A stretch of DNA of 64,000 nt from Vampirovibrionaceae bacterium NZW_1234 (lineage in GTDB: Bacteria > Cyanobacteriota > Vampirovibrionia > Vampirovibrionales > JAGQHJ01): positions 64,001 to 128,000 of the forward strand of contig JBGUGD010000001.1 in the NCBI GenBank assembly GCA_041697335.1. Direction: 5' to 3'. Position numbers and translations under genes: made by a program. Positions 8,407 through 19,059 of the stretch are shown here, piece after piece. The notes under the pieces are model-generated. The model saw nothing but the letters and a program-made list of their open reading frames with translations. It ran no database searches and was not told where the DNA came from. How positions within the stretch are numbered: position 1 is the stretch's first letter; every line of letters starts with the position of its first letter.

Positions 8407-11358
8407 TTAGCCTGCGGTGCCAAGCCCAATGGCAATGCCTTCGATGCTGGAGACAATGGCTCGGTTGTAGCGCTCTAAGAGTTCCGGTGCGGCCTGGGAA
8501 TCCTGAAGTTCTCGGTACTTCTGGAGTAATCGGACCTGAATGTAATTTAAGGGATCCAAATAGGGTTCTTTGAGTTCAATGGAATTTTTTAAGGTCTGAT
8601 CCTCCGGGCGCTCCAGAAGGGTATGACCTGTTATCGCTTCAATTTGAGCCAGGGTGCGATGGTACTCGGTATCGATTCGATCCAGAATGCATTGTGCCGC
8701 ACCTGGATCTTTGGCCAGGGAGTGACAATAGTATCGAGCAATCTTGAGGTCTGTCTGGCGCAGGGCGATCTCACTGTTTTCGATGAGGCTTCTGAAAAAC
8801 GGCCATTCGTTGTACATGGTTTTTAAAATCGCAGGATGCTCAGTGGGGTTTTGCTGAACGAATGCTTCAAGCCCCGAGCCTAATCCAAACCACCCGGGAA
8901 TAATCTGGCGGGATTGAAACCACCGAAACACCCAGGGGATGGCACGCAAGTCTTTAACGGCCTGGAAATTACGTCGCCGCTGAGGACGGGAGCCAATGTT
9001 AACCAGCTCCACTTCGCGTGGGGTGACGTGTTCGAAATAGGGAATAAAGTCAGCATTGTCATGGATGAGGCTTTTATAAGCCTGGAATGACAGTTGGGAT
9101 AGGGTTTCAGCTGCTTCGATCCAGGGTGTTAGCGGAGGGGTTTCCTCTGTTATGTTCTTGGTAATGAGAGCACTGAGGACGTTTTCCAAGTGGGCTAAGG
9201 CAATATCCCGGACGTTGTAATAGCGGGACAAGACTTCACCTTGCTCGGTCAAGTCTTCCCCATACTCACAGGATTTGGGGGGAAGGGCCTTAATGGCGCG
9301 TTGTGTGGGGACGCCACCGCGACCAATATTGCCGCCGCGACCATGGAAAAATCTGAGGCGAATGCCATAGCGCTTTGCCAGGTCCAGGAGCACACGTTGC
9401 GCTTTATAGGCTTCCCAGTTGCTGCAGAAGTAACCTCCATCCTTATTACTGTCGGAGTACCCCAGCATCACAATCTGAGTATTTCCCCGGCAGGCAAGCT
9501 GACGCTGGTAGGCCTCATTGCTGAAGAGGAGTTCAAACACGGGCGCCGCATGTTGCAAATCAGGGATGGTCTCCAGAAGGGGGATCAGGTCCATTTCACT
9601 ATGATATTGACCGGCGAGGTCCCGATAGAAAAGTCCTTCGGTTTTAAGGACCAGGAGCGCGTTCAAAACGTCCTGGGCTGATGAAGTCATGGTGAGAATA
9701 AAATGTAGACATGCACCTTCGCCAATGTAGCGGTGGGCTTTACGGGTGACGGTCAGCATGCCCAGCAATCGCTGAACCACTTCTCGGTTTTCAAAGGTTG
9801 CCAGGCTGTCGGCTCGGTTTAAAAACTCCAATTGCCGAGCGCTGACCACCTTCGGGGACAATATCTCCTGGGTTAGGATGTCCAGAAGACGTGAATCGTC
9901 AGAATGATCATAGTGGGGGAGGGTAATATCCGCTGCATTCAAAATGGCCTGAGCTGCCTGGTTAATGTTTTGGGTGTCTTCCCGTAAATCGATGGAAGCG
10001 AAATGAAAGCCGAAAATCTGGACCTTTTTTCTGAGATTATCCAGGGGGCCGGTGACGGATCGGGTGTACCCATGCTGGAGATAGCTCTCAATGACAACGT
10101 CAATGTCCTGAATCAGTTGCTGACTATTCATATAGCGAAATACGGTATGGGTATGCCCGCCCAAAAGAAACTGCTGGTGAAGGGATTGTTGGAGGCGCTC
10201 AGCCATGAGAACCAGCTTGAGACGGTGCGGTTCTTTGTCGATGGAAATTTCAAAGGAGCTTGTTTCCATATCCGATGCCTGCATATCTCGAATGTCTTGC
10301 TGAATGGAGGCCAACAAGGCAGGACTGGGAGGAACCCGGTAGATAGAGTGGCTGAGCCCGGGGGCCATAGTTTGTAGATCATGAATATAGAGATTTAAAA
10401 TGGTCTCATGCTGGCGGGTTAGGGCTTCGGCAAACACATCGGGGGTGACAAAGGGGTTACCATCCATATCACCGCCAACCCAGCTGCCAAGGCTCATAAT
10501 GGGAGCATTCCGGGTCACACAACTGTCTTGATAATAAAACGAAAATAGCTGCTCCAGCTTCTCATGAAGTTCCGGCAATGTGGAATAGAGGGTTTTACTA
10601 AAATACCCCATAACCTGACGCACTTCATCTCGGACTTTGGGTTTGGTCCAGCGGCTGAAGTGGGTTGCCCATAGCACTTCAATTTTTTCGGTCAGCTGGT
10701 TCATCAGTTTTTTTTGTTGCACCGGTGTTAAATGTGGGGCATACAAGGCCTTTAAAATATCGTACAAGTCACTTTGATGTTCTAACAGCGTTTGTCTCAA
10801 AATAGTGGTGGGGTGTGCGGTTGCGACTAGGCGCACGGACAGTTTTTCCAGGATCTCCTGGAGGGTGTCGCACGAAACATCCCGTTGGGCTAAATGGCGA
10901 ATGATGTGATTTAGGCCCTGTTCTTCATGTTCAAACTGCACGCTTTGATGGTACCCCTCGGCAATGCCGGTCAGTGTTAAAAACAGGCGAAATGCCGATG
11001 CGGCATCTTCCAGACGGGATACCTGTTCCTCTAGGGGGAGATGGGCAATTTCGGACTGCAAGATATTATCGAATTCTTCGAAACCCAAGGTCCCCGACAG
11101 GCGCCGGGCTTTCTTCGAGGCTTTCCTGAGACGTTCAATCAGCTTATAAAACTCGCTACCTTGATGTTCCGACATGACTTGGCCGAGCAAGGCGCCAAAC
11201 AATCGCACATCGTCGTTCAAGGCGGTATCAGAAGTGCTGACCGGGATGGCTTCGGTTAATCGGACGTCACTGTCACCAATCATCGGCAGCGCTTGACGCA
11301 CCTGCCAATACAGCTCACGGTGACTGAGGCGTTCCGGGTTCGGCAGCGTGTGAGGCAT
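8407..11358 (-). CDS. ppc: Phosphoenolpyruvate carboxylase
   Basis: TAHPT, GSWVGGDMDGNP, MLGYSDSNKDGG, FHGRGGNIGRGG, LRAIPWVF. Confidence 0.97.
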   Translation of the reverse strand: MPHTLPNPERLSHRELYWQVRQALPMIGDSDVRLTEAIPVSTSDTALNDDVRLFGALLGQVMSEHQGSEFYKLIERLRKASKKARRLSGTLGFEEFDNILQSEIAHLPLEEQVSRLEDAASAFRLFLTLTGIAEGYHQSVQFEHEEQGLNHIIRHLAQRDVSCDTLQEILEKLSVRLVATAHPTTILRQTLLEHQSDLYDILKALYAPHLTPVQQKKLMNQLTEKIEVLWATHFSRWTKPKVRDEVRQVMGYFSKTLYSTLPELHEKLEQLFSFYYQDSCVTRNAPIMSLGSWVGGDMDGNPFVTPDVFAEALTRQHETILNLYIHDLQTMAPGLSHSIYRVPPSPALLASIQQDIRDMQASDMETSSFEISIDKEPHRLKLVLMAERLQQSLHQQFLLGGHTHTVFRYMNSQQLIQDIDVVIESYLQHGYTRSVTGPLDNLRKKVQIFGFHFASIDLREDTQNINQAAQAILNAADITLPHYDHSDDSRLLDILTQEILSPKVVSARQLEFLNRADSLATFENREVVQRLLGMLTVTRKAHRYIGEGACLHFILTMTSSAQDVLNALLVLKTEGLFYRDLAGQYHSEMDLIPLLETIPDLQHAAPVFELLFSNEAYQRQLACRGNTQIVMLGYSDSNKDGGYFCSNWEAYKAQRVLLDLAKRYGIRLRFFHGRGGNIGRGGVPTQRAIKALPPKSCEYGEDLTEQGEVLSRYYNVRDIALAHLENVLSALITKNITEETPPLTPWIEAAETLSQLSFQAYKSLIHDNADFIPYFEHVTPREVELVNIGSRPQRRRNFQAVKDLRAIPWVFRWFQSRQIIPGWFGLGSGLEAFVQQNPTEHPAILKTMYNEWPFFRSLIENSEIALRQTDLKIARYYCHSLAKDPGAAQCILDRIDTEYHRTLAQIEAITGHTLLERPEDQTLKNSIELKEPYLDPLNYIQVRLLQKYRELQDSQAAPELLERYNRAIVSSIEGIAIGLGTAG

Positions 11359-11475
11359 ATTTGAAGACTTTCCTGGAGGCTATCTGTTTCCAAAGTTTGG
11401 AATTCGATTTTACCATAACGGCCAGGAAAGGTTATAGGTGTTTACGGGGTAAATGGATTTCTGCAGGCTGAACTG

Positions 11476-12486
11476 CTACTGATTGGGCTTAAATGTTTCA
11501 ATCAGCAAGGCAAAAGCGCTGGCTGAGATTCCTGTTTTGCCCTGGCTGTTATCTGAAAATTGTTGGTGATATTCTCCTGATTGCCCTGCATTGTTGATAC
11601 GGGTATAGGCATTTTTTAGCTCATTTTCTTTTTGCTTTAGCTCACGCATAAATTGTTGGCGTTGCACATTAGTTAGTGGAGGTTGCAGCAAATTTCCATT
11701 CTCAAGCAGATCCTTAATGGTCTCAATGCGGGTTGCTATTTTAAGCAAGCTGTCATATTCAGGAAGTTTTGCGGCTTTGATAGCAGGTTTATTTACACCA
11801 GCAGGTGCCATCGGTTGTTCCACAGGCTTTGCTGCAGGCTTGGCTGGGTTTTGCTTTTCGAGCTTTTTGAGTTCATCTTGTGCCATTTTTTTGACGGCTT
11901 CAGCATCTTTCTTCATTGTATCGGCGCCTGGAAAGAGAGGGGGGCCACCCGGCTTCGCTGGAGGCTTTGGTATCGCTGCAAGACCTGTGTCTATTGCGGT
12001 AATGAGGGCTTTTAGCTCCTCTGGCGTCTTTCCTTTAAAAAAATCTTTGGGGGCTTTGCCATCAATAGTTAAGCTTACAAGGTTACCATTGGCATATTGT
12101 GATTGAATATTGACCCCAAACATTGCCCCCACGCCGAAGACAATTGGAGGTCTGTACGTAGGTGTTTCTGGTTTTTTCTGTAGGGAAGGACTCACTGGAG
12201 GTGCATCGCTATTGGGCTGCGCTGCTGGAGGGGCCGGAGCTGGAGACAAAGTTTCAGTGTCTGGAGTGTCTTGTGCAGCAAGTTGTTCAATTGCTGATGA
12301 GGGTTCCTGAGTTTTCGTTTCAACTTTGAGGAGGTCCTCCGCTAAATCGACTTGATCCGTTTCTGTTGGGCTGGTAATGGTCAGAAAGGTTAGTGTCGTT
12401 GGATCCAAGTCTCTCGTGGTGGGTTCAGTAACTTCGGAAGGCATTATGAGGGGAATAGTGAGTTTGTTCGGCTCAATTGGGGGCAT
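11476..12486 (-). CDS. Hypothetical Pro/Thr/Lys-rich protein
   Basis: Long ORF; GAGGAG RBS before ATG 12486; no recognisable domain. Confidence 0.7.
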   Translation of the reverse strand: MPPIEPNKLTIPLIMPSEVTEPTTRDLDPTTLTFLTITSPTETDQVDLAEDLLKVETKTQEPSSAIEQLAAQDTPDTETLSPAPAPPAAQPNSDAPPVSPSLQKKPETPTYRPPIVFGVGAMFGVNIQSQYANGNLVSLTIDGKAPKDFFKGKTPEELKALITAIDTGLAAIPKPPAKPGGPPLFPGADTMKKDAEAVKKMAQDELKKLEKQNPAKPAAKPVEQPMAPAGVNKPAIKAAKLPEYDSLLKIATRIETIKDLLENGNLLQPPLTNVQRQQFMRELKQKENELKNAYTRINNAGQSGEYHQQFSDNSQGKTGISASAFALLIETFKPNQ

Positions 12487-12628
12487 GCGGTACTCCTCAA
12501 AGTCTGTGCCAGGAAAATGGTGTATTTTTTTATCGACCGAGTGAACCATCTCTTTAGATGAAAAGTCACCCTTTCGCAAAAGATCTGTCAGGGCTGCTTT
12601 ATGAAAATTTTAAGTATATTTTATTCTT

Positions 12629-13105
12629 CTAAGAGAATGAATTACCCTGGCGCAAGGCTTTAAAAAATGTGTCTAGTTGAGTTTGGCAGGGTTTTTCCAA
12701 TATGCCTCCGATGACGGTGGCATGAGCGCCGAAGAAGGTGTTTAAATTCAAGGCACTGCCCAAGGCTCCCTGTAAGGGATCCGAGGCGCCAAAAATGACG
12801 GTTTTGATTCTGGCCTGGAGCATGGCGGTGGCGCACATGGGACAGGGTTCCAGGGTTACCACGAGTGTACAGTCCGAGAGGCGCCAGTTTTGAAGATGTC
12901 GACAAGCAGATTGAATGGCCATTATTTCGGCATGGCCTAGTGGATCCGAATTCTCTTCGCGGGTGTTCCAGCCTTCGCCAATGACCTGGCCTTGAGGGTT
13001 GAGAACCAGGGCGCCGACAGGCACATCTTTTGGCAGCGCTTTTTGGGCAAGCCCTAAAGCGGTTTGCATCCAAATCTCGTATGTTTGATGGGAATTTTCC
13101 GACAT
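12629..13105 (-). CDS. tadA: tRNA adenosine(34) deaminase
   Basis: VPVGA, HAE, TLEPCPMC. Confidence 0.92.
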   Translation of the reverse strand: MSENSHQTYEIWMQTALGLAQKALPKDVPVGALVLNPQGQVIGEGWNTREENSDPLGHAEIMAIQSACRHLQNWRLSDCTLVVTLEPCPMCATAMLQARIKTVIFGASDPLQGALGSALNLNTFFGAHATVIGGILEKPCQTQLDTFFKALRQGNSFS

Positions 13106-13217
13106 AAGGCCTCTTTGGGTCAGACTTCCTTTGTCTAGGGGATTGGGGACGTTGCATCCATGACTAAAATAATTACCATATCTCTACCAACCGACAAAGT
13201 ATTGAGGAGAAGACGGC

Positions 13218-13496
13218 ATGACATTTTTGGCTGCCTTGAAGGCGCTGATTGAAGGACTGGTGACCTCTGCAAAACAGGAAAAGCCGATTGGGCTGAAAAC
13301 CGTATCCGAATTGATGAACTACTCGAATGACGAGCTGTTGAATCAGTTGGCTCAACCGATTGCATCTTCTCAGAAGTTTAAGTTGGAAATTCGCTCGAAG
13401 AATCTGCATAAAACGGCTCCGGCCTTTGTGCACTTGCCTAAGCCCGGCTATGCCCGCTTTGATGCAACCCAACGAACCTTTATTTCCAAACCGTAA
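13218..13496 (+). CDS. Hypothetical protein (92 aa)
   Basis: GAGGAG RBS upstream, fills gap between tadA and relA. Confidence 0.65.
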   Translation: MTFLAALKALIEGLVTSAKQEKPIGLKTVSELMNYSNDELLNQLAQPIASSQKFKLEIRSKNLHKTAPAFVHLPKPGYARFDATQRTFISKP

Positions 13497-13611
13497 CCAG
13501 ACCGTTACATGAATCCGTTGCGGAACTTGCCAAGCTTGGCCTTGTCCTTTACCTTGGAAATCCAGGTCATTTCGGTAGATGATATCGGATTAGATGGGGT
13601 AAAATGAGTGA

Positions 13612-15828
13612 GTGATGTCTGACTCGGTTCCCATGGAAGAAAAACTGTTTAACGACCTCGCTGTATTGCTTCGTGAGCAGGGGCGATCGGAGGAGGACGT
13701 TCAGTTGGCGCGAAAAGCCTTTGAATACGCTGCGCAGAAGCACGACGGTCAACTGCGAAAAAGCCAGGAGAAATACATCGTTCACCCGGTTCAGGTGGCC
13801 ACCATGCTGGCCCGGATTCCGGTGGATACGCCAACTGTATGTGCGGCTATTTTACATGATGTCCTTGAAGATACGGATGGCACCAGTGACGAGATCAAGG
13901 CCATGTTTGGCTTGGATGTGCTTCATATTGTCGAAGGTGTCACGAAGCTGGGGAAATTTCATTTTGAATCGGCCGAACAGCGCAATGCCGAAAACTTCCG
14001 CAAGATGTTTTTGGCCATGGCCAATGATGTTCGGGTAGTGTTGCTGAAGCTCGCAGATCGCTTGCATAATATGCAGACGCTAGAGTTTATGAAGCCTGAA
14101 AAGCAGCGTAAAATTGCTCGAGAGACCCTGGAAGTCTTTGCGCCCCTGGCCAACCGCATGGGAATGGGAAAGTGGCGAGCCGAGCTGGAAGATTTGTCGT
14201 TTAAATACCTCGATCCAGAGGAATATCAGTTGCTCATCGATCAGGTGGCCGGTTCCATGCGGGACTGGGAACACAGTATCGAGGATATGCAGGCTAAGTT
14301 AAGTGATTCACTCAAACAACTCAATATTGATGCCCGGATCTACGGTCGAGTCAAAAACTATTTCAGTATCTACAAGAAAATGAAGGCCCATAACAAGGAA
14401 ATTCAAGACGTATACGACTTGGGTGCTCTGCGTGTCATTGTGGAATCGGAAAAAGAATGTTATGAGACCCTGGGGGTGGTTCATAGCAGTTATAAACCTA
14501 TCCCGGGACGATTCAAAGATTATATTGCCATGCCCAAGAGCAATTTGTACCGTTCATTGCACACCACGGTTATTGGGCCTGTCGGGAGACCGTTGGAAGT
14601 TCAGATTCGGACTCAGGAAATGCACCGGGTAGCCGAGTACGGGATTGCGGCTCACTGGCGATATAAAGAAGCCGGTGAAAGTACTTCGGCGGCCAGTATC
14701 GAAGAACAAAAACTTTCGTGGCTGAAGCAGATGCTGGAATTGAAAGATGAATCCAGCGATGCTCAGGAGTATGTGGACAACGTCAAGCTGGACTTGTTCC
14801 GCGATGAGGTCTTTGTCTTTACCCCGCGGGGCGATGTCTTTGATTTACCTCAAGGAGCCACACCTGTCGATTTTGCATACCGGGTGCATACCCAGGTGGG
14901 GAATACCTGTACGGGTTCCCTGGTCAATGGCAAAATTGTCCCCTTGGACTATCAACTGAGAAATGGGGATATTGTTGAGATTTCCACCAGCAAAAAAGCC
15001 ACGCCTCGCCTGGATTGGATTAAGTTTGTACAGACCCCCCATGCCAGAACCTGTATCCGTCAATGGTTTAAGAAAAACTTCCGGGAAGATCATATCGAAC
15101 AGGGACGAATGCTCCTTGAAGCCGAACTGACGCGGGCGGCTGTGGATGAGTTTATGAAAAACGGCAAAATGGCCGAAGTGGCTCAGCAGTTGAATTATGT
15201 GAAAGTCGACGATATGTTCCTGGCTTTGGGGTACGGGGAATTGTCGTTGCCCCGGATCCTCAACAGGCTGAAAAAAGACAAAGAAGAAAAGCCTGAGCCT
15301 ACGCTCGAGTCGCTCGCGACCAATCCCAATCTGTATCAAAAACGCAAGCGCCAGAACCGAGAGGAAATTGAAGGGCTTCAAGGAATGCTCTATCACTTGG
15401 CCAAGTGCTGCTCACCCTTGCCGGGGGATACTATTCTGGGTGTCGTGACGCGTTCTCGTGGGGTTATGATTCATCGTGATGACTGTGTGAATCTGTCTCA
15501 TGTCAGTGAAAACCGGGTTCTAGATGTCTCTTGGACGAATGGCAACGCGATGGAGCAGAAGAAGAGCCTTCACTCCATTCGCCTTGAGGTTCACGTCATT
15601 GACCGGCTTGGCATTTTCAAGGATGTTCTGGCCCGCATTGCAGATATCAATACCAACGTTTCCAACGCCAGAGTGAAGATGTTGGCCAATAACACTGCAC
15701 TTATCGAGGTGACGGTTGACATTGCCGATTTGGATCATCTGGAAAAAGTGAAAAGAGTGATTGCCAAGTTGAGTGATGTAATTTCCGTAACCCGGTCTCA
15801 GGTTCGTCCCTTGAAAAAGAAAAGCTAA
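13612..15828 (+). CDS. relA: Bifunctional (p)ppGpp synthetase/hydrolase RelA/SpoT
   Basis: HD motif (LHDVLEDT), KLADRLHN, YRSLHT, EVQIRT, TGS, CC-P-PGD and ACT domains. Confidence 0.96.
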   Translation: MMSDSVPMEEKLFNDLAVLLREQGRSEEDVQLARKAFEYAAQKHDGQLRKSQEKYIVHPVQVATMLARIPVDTPTVCAAILHDVLEDTDGTSDEIKAMFGLDVLHIVEGVTKLGKFHFESAEQRNAENFRKMFLAMANDVRVVLLKLADRLHNMQTLEFMKPEKQRKIARETLEVFAPLANRMGMGKWRAELEDLSFKYLDPEEYQLLIDQVAGSMRDWEHSIEDMQAKLSDSLKQLNIDARIYGRVKNYFSIYKKMKAHNKEIQDVYDLGALRVIVESEKECYETLGVVHSSYKPIPGRFKDYIAMPKSNLYRSLHTTVIGPVGRPLEVQIRTQEMHRVAEYGIAAHWRYKEAGESTSAASIEEQKLSWLKQMLELKDESSDAQEYVDNVKLDLFRDEVFVFTPRGDVFDLPQGATPVDFAYRVHTQVGNTCTGSLVNGKIVPLDYQLRNGDIVEISTSKKATPRLDWIKFVQTPHARTCIRQWFKKNFREDHIEQGRMLLEAELTRAAVDEFMKNGKMAEVAQQLNYVKVDDMFLALGYGELSLPRILNRLKKDKEEKPEPTLESLATNPNLYQKRKRQNREEIEGLQGMLYHLAKCCSPLPGDTILGVVTRSRGVMIHRDDCVNLSHVSENRVLDVSWTNGNAMEQKKSLHSIRLEVHVIDRLGIFKDVLARIADINTNVSNARVKMLANNTALIEVTVDIADLDHLEKVKRVIAKLSDVISVTRSQVRPLKKKS

Positions 15829-15979
15829 GGGTGTTCGCATCGGTTATCTTGGGTGGTTGACGGGTTACCCCGGCCGGAAAGATTTCGTATAATGAAGCTA
15901 CTGTAGAGGGCTGGGCTCGTCATATCAGGCCTGCCTGAGCATTTGCACCGGTGTGATAATAAAGCAGAGATGGGTGGCT

Positions 15980-16783
15980 ATGAACATATTGGATTCCATC
16001 ATTTTGGGAATTGTTGAGGGCGTAACAGAGTTTTTACCAATCTCGTCCACAGGGCATATGATTCTGACCAGTCACCTGATGCACTTGAACGATCAATTTG
16101 TGGATACCTTTGAGGTCGTGATTCAGTTGGGCGCCATTCTGGCCGTGGTTGTCTTGTACGCCTCCCGCTTTAAAATGCTGCTGAAGCCCAGTGAAGACCA
16201 TGCTTTTTCGGGTCTTAGAGGTTTATTGCTCCTGATGGTAACCAGTTTTCCTGCCGCATTCTTGGGTCTGGTGTTGCACAAGAAAATTGAAACGTATTTG
16301 TTTGGTCCGGGGCCCGTGTTGGCCGCCTTGGTTGTAGGGGCGGTAGCTATTATTCTGGTTGAACGCCAAGTTTTTCGTCATTCGGTTCGCTCGCTGGATG
16401 ATATTGGGTTTAAGCAGGCCCTGATGATTGGCTGTTTTCAATGCTTTGCACTTTGGCCCGGGATGTCTCGGTCCGCTTCAACCATTATTGGCGGCTTATT
16501 TTCCGGTTTGGAGCGTAATGTCGCGGCTGAATACTCGTTTATTGCGGCGGTTCCCATTATGGTAATGGCGACAGGGTATTCACTTGTAAAATCACTGGAT
16601 CTGTTACAGGGATACAACTTAATGGTCTTGGCCGTCGGGTTTGTGACCGCCTTTGTTTCCGCCATTTTGGCCATCAAGTTCTTCATCCGCCTCTTGCAAC
16701 GGTGGACCTTGGTGCCCTTTGGTATTTATCGCATTGGGCTGGCTATCGTCATGTTCTTCGTATTTCAAGCCACCGGTTGGTAG
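15980..16783 (+). CDS. uppP: Undecaprenyl-diphosphate phosphatase
   Basis: GIVEGVTEFLPISSTGH, PGMSRS. Confidence 0.96.
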   Translation: MNILDSIILGIVEGVTEFLPISSTGHMILTSHLMHLNDQFVDTFEVVIQLGAILAVVVLYASRFKMLLKPSEDHAFSGLRGLLLLMVTSFPAAFLGLVLHKKIETYLFGPGPVLAALVVGAVAIILVERQVFRHSVRSLDDIGFKQALMIGCFQCFALWPGMSRSASTIIGGLFSGLERNVAAEYSFIAAVPIMVMATGYSLVKSLDLLQGYNLMVLAVGFVTAFVSAILAIKFFIRLLQRWTLVPFGIYRIGLAIVMFFVFQATGW

Positions 16784-16820
16784 TCGCCCTCCAAGGAGGA
16801 TGCTAAAGCCGTATTTGGAT

Positions 16821-17690
16821 TCAGCTCAGGCTTTTCAAGGCTAGCCGGGCCACTCGCATGTTGTCGTCTTCGTAGAGAGCCTGAAAGCCTGAGGTTAATT
16901 GGGCCACTTGATAGGGGTGGAACCCAAAGAGGTCCTGAATTTTTTGGGTGTAGTCCTTGGGCGATTTTGGGGATGTGTCAGCGGCTGCTTGCGAACCCAG
17001 AAGAAATCGCTTGCAATCCTCTGAAGCATGATCGACGGCAAGGGACGCCACCAGGCTCAGCCAGTCATAAGCACTATTGTATTGCTTGTTCTGGAGAGCC
17101 AGCGCCAGAATAAACTCATCCTTGGTTGCAGGATCTAAATCCACAACAGCATCGACGGCGGGTTTCAAAAGCATGGCCAGGTTTTTACTTTTGATGCTTT
17201 TCGGATAGCCCGGCACGCGCCCGAGCTCGGCATAGCCTGTGATGACCTTTTCTATCAGGCTATTCATCTCCATTAAAAGGTGATCTAATGCCTTTGGTTT
17301 TGGCCGATTCGGGTCCAGTGCTTCGTCCAGGGATTCCATAGGTCCTTTTGGCACTTTCGCCATTTGATAATAGGGAGAGGGCCCAATAATGATAGGTGAA
17401 TAGGGATTGTTGGGATAGACCGGAATTGCAGCAAAGGCTCCGGGTGAAGCAAAAGGGATTGAACTGAGAATGCTGTGTTTTTTTTCGTATTCCTGTTTGC
17501 GTTTGGCTCGTTGGGCTTCTGCCTCAAAAATATGGGGAAGTTCAAAAAGCATTGAGCGAAGCAGATGTTTTACCGGGTACGGCCAATCCAGGGTGTTTTG
17601 TTCACCGAACCGGAGGGTGGCTGTTTGAGGTAAACCTCTGCGAGTGGGGCGTGGGGTGTGAGGAACACTTAAAACAGAATGGAGGTTCAT
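16821..17690 (-). CDS. Hypothetical protein with N-terminal LRFG motif
   Basis: 289 aa ORF, no recognisable domain. Confidence 0.7.
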   Translation of the reverse strand: MNLHSVLSVPHTPRPTRRGLPQTATLRFGEQNTLDWPYPVKHLLRSMLFELPHIFEAEAQRAKRKQEYEKKHSILSSIPFASPGAFAAIPVYPNNPYSPIIIGPSPYYQMAKVPKGPMESLDEALDPNRPKPKALDHLLMEMNSLIEKVITGYAELGRVPGYPKSIKSKNLAMLLKPAVDAVVDLDPATKDEFILALALQNKQYNSAYDWLSLVASLAVDHASEDCKRFLLGSQAAADTSPKSPKDYTQKIQDLFGFHPYQVAQLTSGFQALYEDDNMRVARLALKSLS

Positions 17691-17941
17691 GGTCCGAATC
17701 CGTTTCTAATCGATATGACTGCTTGCAACCTGAGATTGAATCTAAACCTTAGTCTATGACAAACAACACCAAAGATGGGATGGAATTGTTTTGAAATCCC
17801 ACGGTATTACAGATTTGTAACATGGCCAAGGGGCACGCTCTGGGCATGGCTATGCTGCTCCTCCTTGAAAAATACCTTGGTTTGCATTATCCCTAAATAC
17901 ATAATGTTACCTAAACACATGAGCAGGAAGAGGCGCGATCC

Positions 17942-18739
17942 ATGGCAGCGGTACAAGCAGAAATCGGCGTATTCGGTGGTTCCGGGTTTTATCAGTTTTT
18001 AGAAGATGCCGAAGTCGTTCAGGTGGAAACTCCTTATGGAATGACCAGTACAGACATTACCATTGGCACGGTTGCCGGTCGTCGTGTAGCCTTTTTGCCT
18101 CGGCATGGCGCCAATCATGCCATACCGCCTCATCTCATCAATTACCGGGCTAATGTGTGGGCCTTTAAAAAGTTGGGTATTACCCGGGTGATTGCCCCCT
18201 GTGCGGCAGGAAGCCTTCAAAAATATGTCCGCCCGGGTAGTTTCGTCATTTGCGATCAGTACGTTGACAGAACCAATGGCCGGAAAGATACCTTTTATGA
18301 TGGCCCCGTGACGACCCATGTGAGTGCTGCTGATCCGTACTGTCCGGAGATGCGCAAGTACGCTATTCAAGCGGCTCAGGAGTGTGGAATTGAACATCAC
18401 CCGGAAGGGACCATCGTTGTGATTCAGGGGCCGCGCTTCAGTACTCGGGCCGAATCCAATTGGTTTCGCAGTCAAGGCTGGGAAGTCATTAATATGACCC
18501 AGTACCCGGAAGTCCATTTGGTCAAGGAATTGGAGATGTGTGTGGTGAACATCTCCCTGATGACGGATTATGATACGGGTATTCCAGGTGTGGAACCCGT
18601 CAGCCACGAAGAAGTTTTAAAAGTCTTCAGTGCGAATAACGACAAATTGAAAACCCTGTTGTTTAAGCTCATTGAAACCTTACCGACCGAGCGGCATCAT
18701 TGTGGTTGTGGGCACGTTCTGTCGCATGCCCGAGTCTAA
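17942..18739 (+). CDS. mtnP: S-methyl-5'-thioadenosine phosphorylase
   Basis: GGSG, TPYG, RHG, NYRAN, GPRFSTRAES, INMT, TDYD. Confidence 0.93.
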   Translation: MAAVQAEIGVFGGSGFYQFLEDAEVVQVETPYGMTSTDITIGTVAGRRVAFLPRHGANHAIPPHLINYRANVWAFKKLGITRVIAPCAAGSLQKYVRPGSFVICDQYVDRTNGRKDTFYDGPVTTHVSAADPYCPEMRKYAIQAAQECGIEHHPEGTIVVIQGPRFSTRAESNWFRSQGWEVINMTQYPEVHLVKELEMCVVNISLMTDYDTGIPGVEPVSHEEVLKVFSANNDKLKTLLFKLIETLPTERHHCGCGHVLSHARV

Positions 18740-18748
18740 GAGGACCCA

Positions 18749-19030
18749 TTGCTGATGTATCAGTTGTTTATGTTTCTTGAACAGGTGTTGAATCTGTTTA
18801 TGGTGCTGCTCATTATCCGCATTATCATGTCTTGGGTGTCGCCGGGGAACATGTACCGTCAGCCATTTCGTTTTTTGTATGCGGTTACAGAGCCTGTTAT
18901 GGCGCCCTTTCGGGCTATTATTCCGCCCATTGGCGGGTTGGATCTGTCGCCAATGCTCTTGTTTATGCTGATAGGCTTTCTGCAAAACACACTGCGTCAT
19001 CTGGCCGTGATGTCTTTGCGAGGAATGTAG
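18749..19030 (+). CDS. YggT family membrane protein
   Basis: RIIMSW, VTEPVMAPFR.IIPPIGGLDLSP. Confidence 0.92.
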   Translation: MLMYQLFMFLEQVLNLFMVLLIIRIIMSWVSPGNMYRQPFRFLYAVTEPVMAPFRAIIPPIGGLDLSPMLLFMLIGFLQNTLRHLAVMSLRGM

Positions 19031-19059
19031 GCAGCAAGCTCCCTTTTGGCTCCAAAGGC

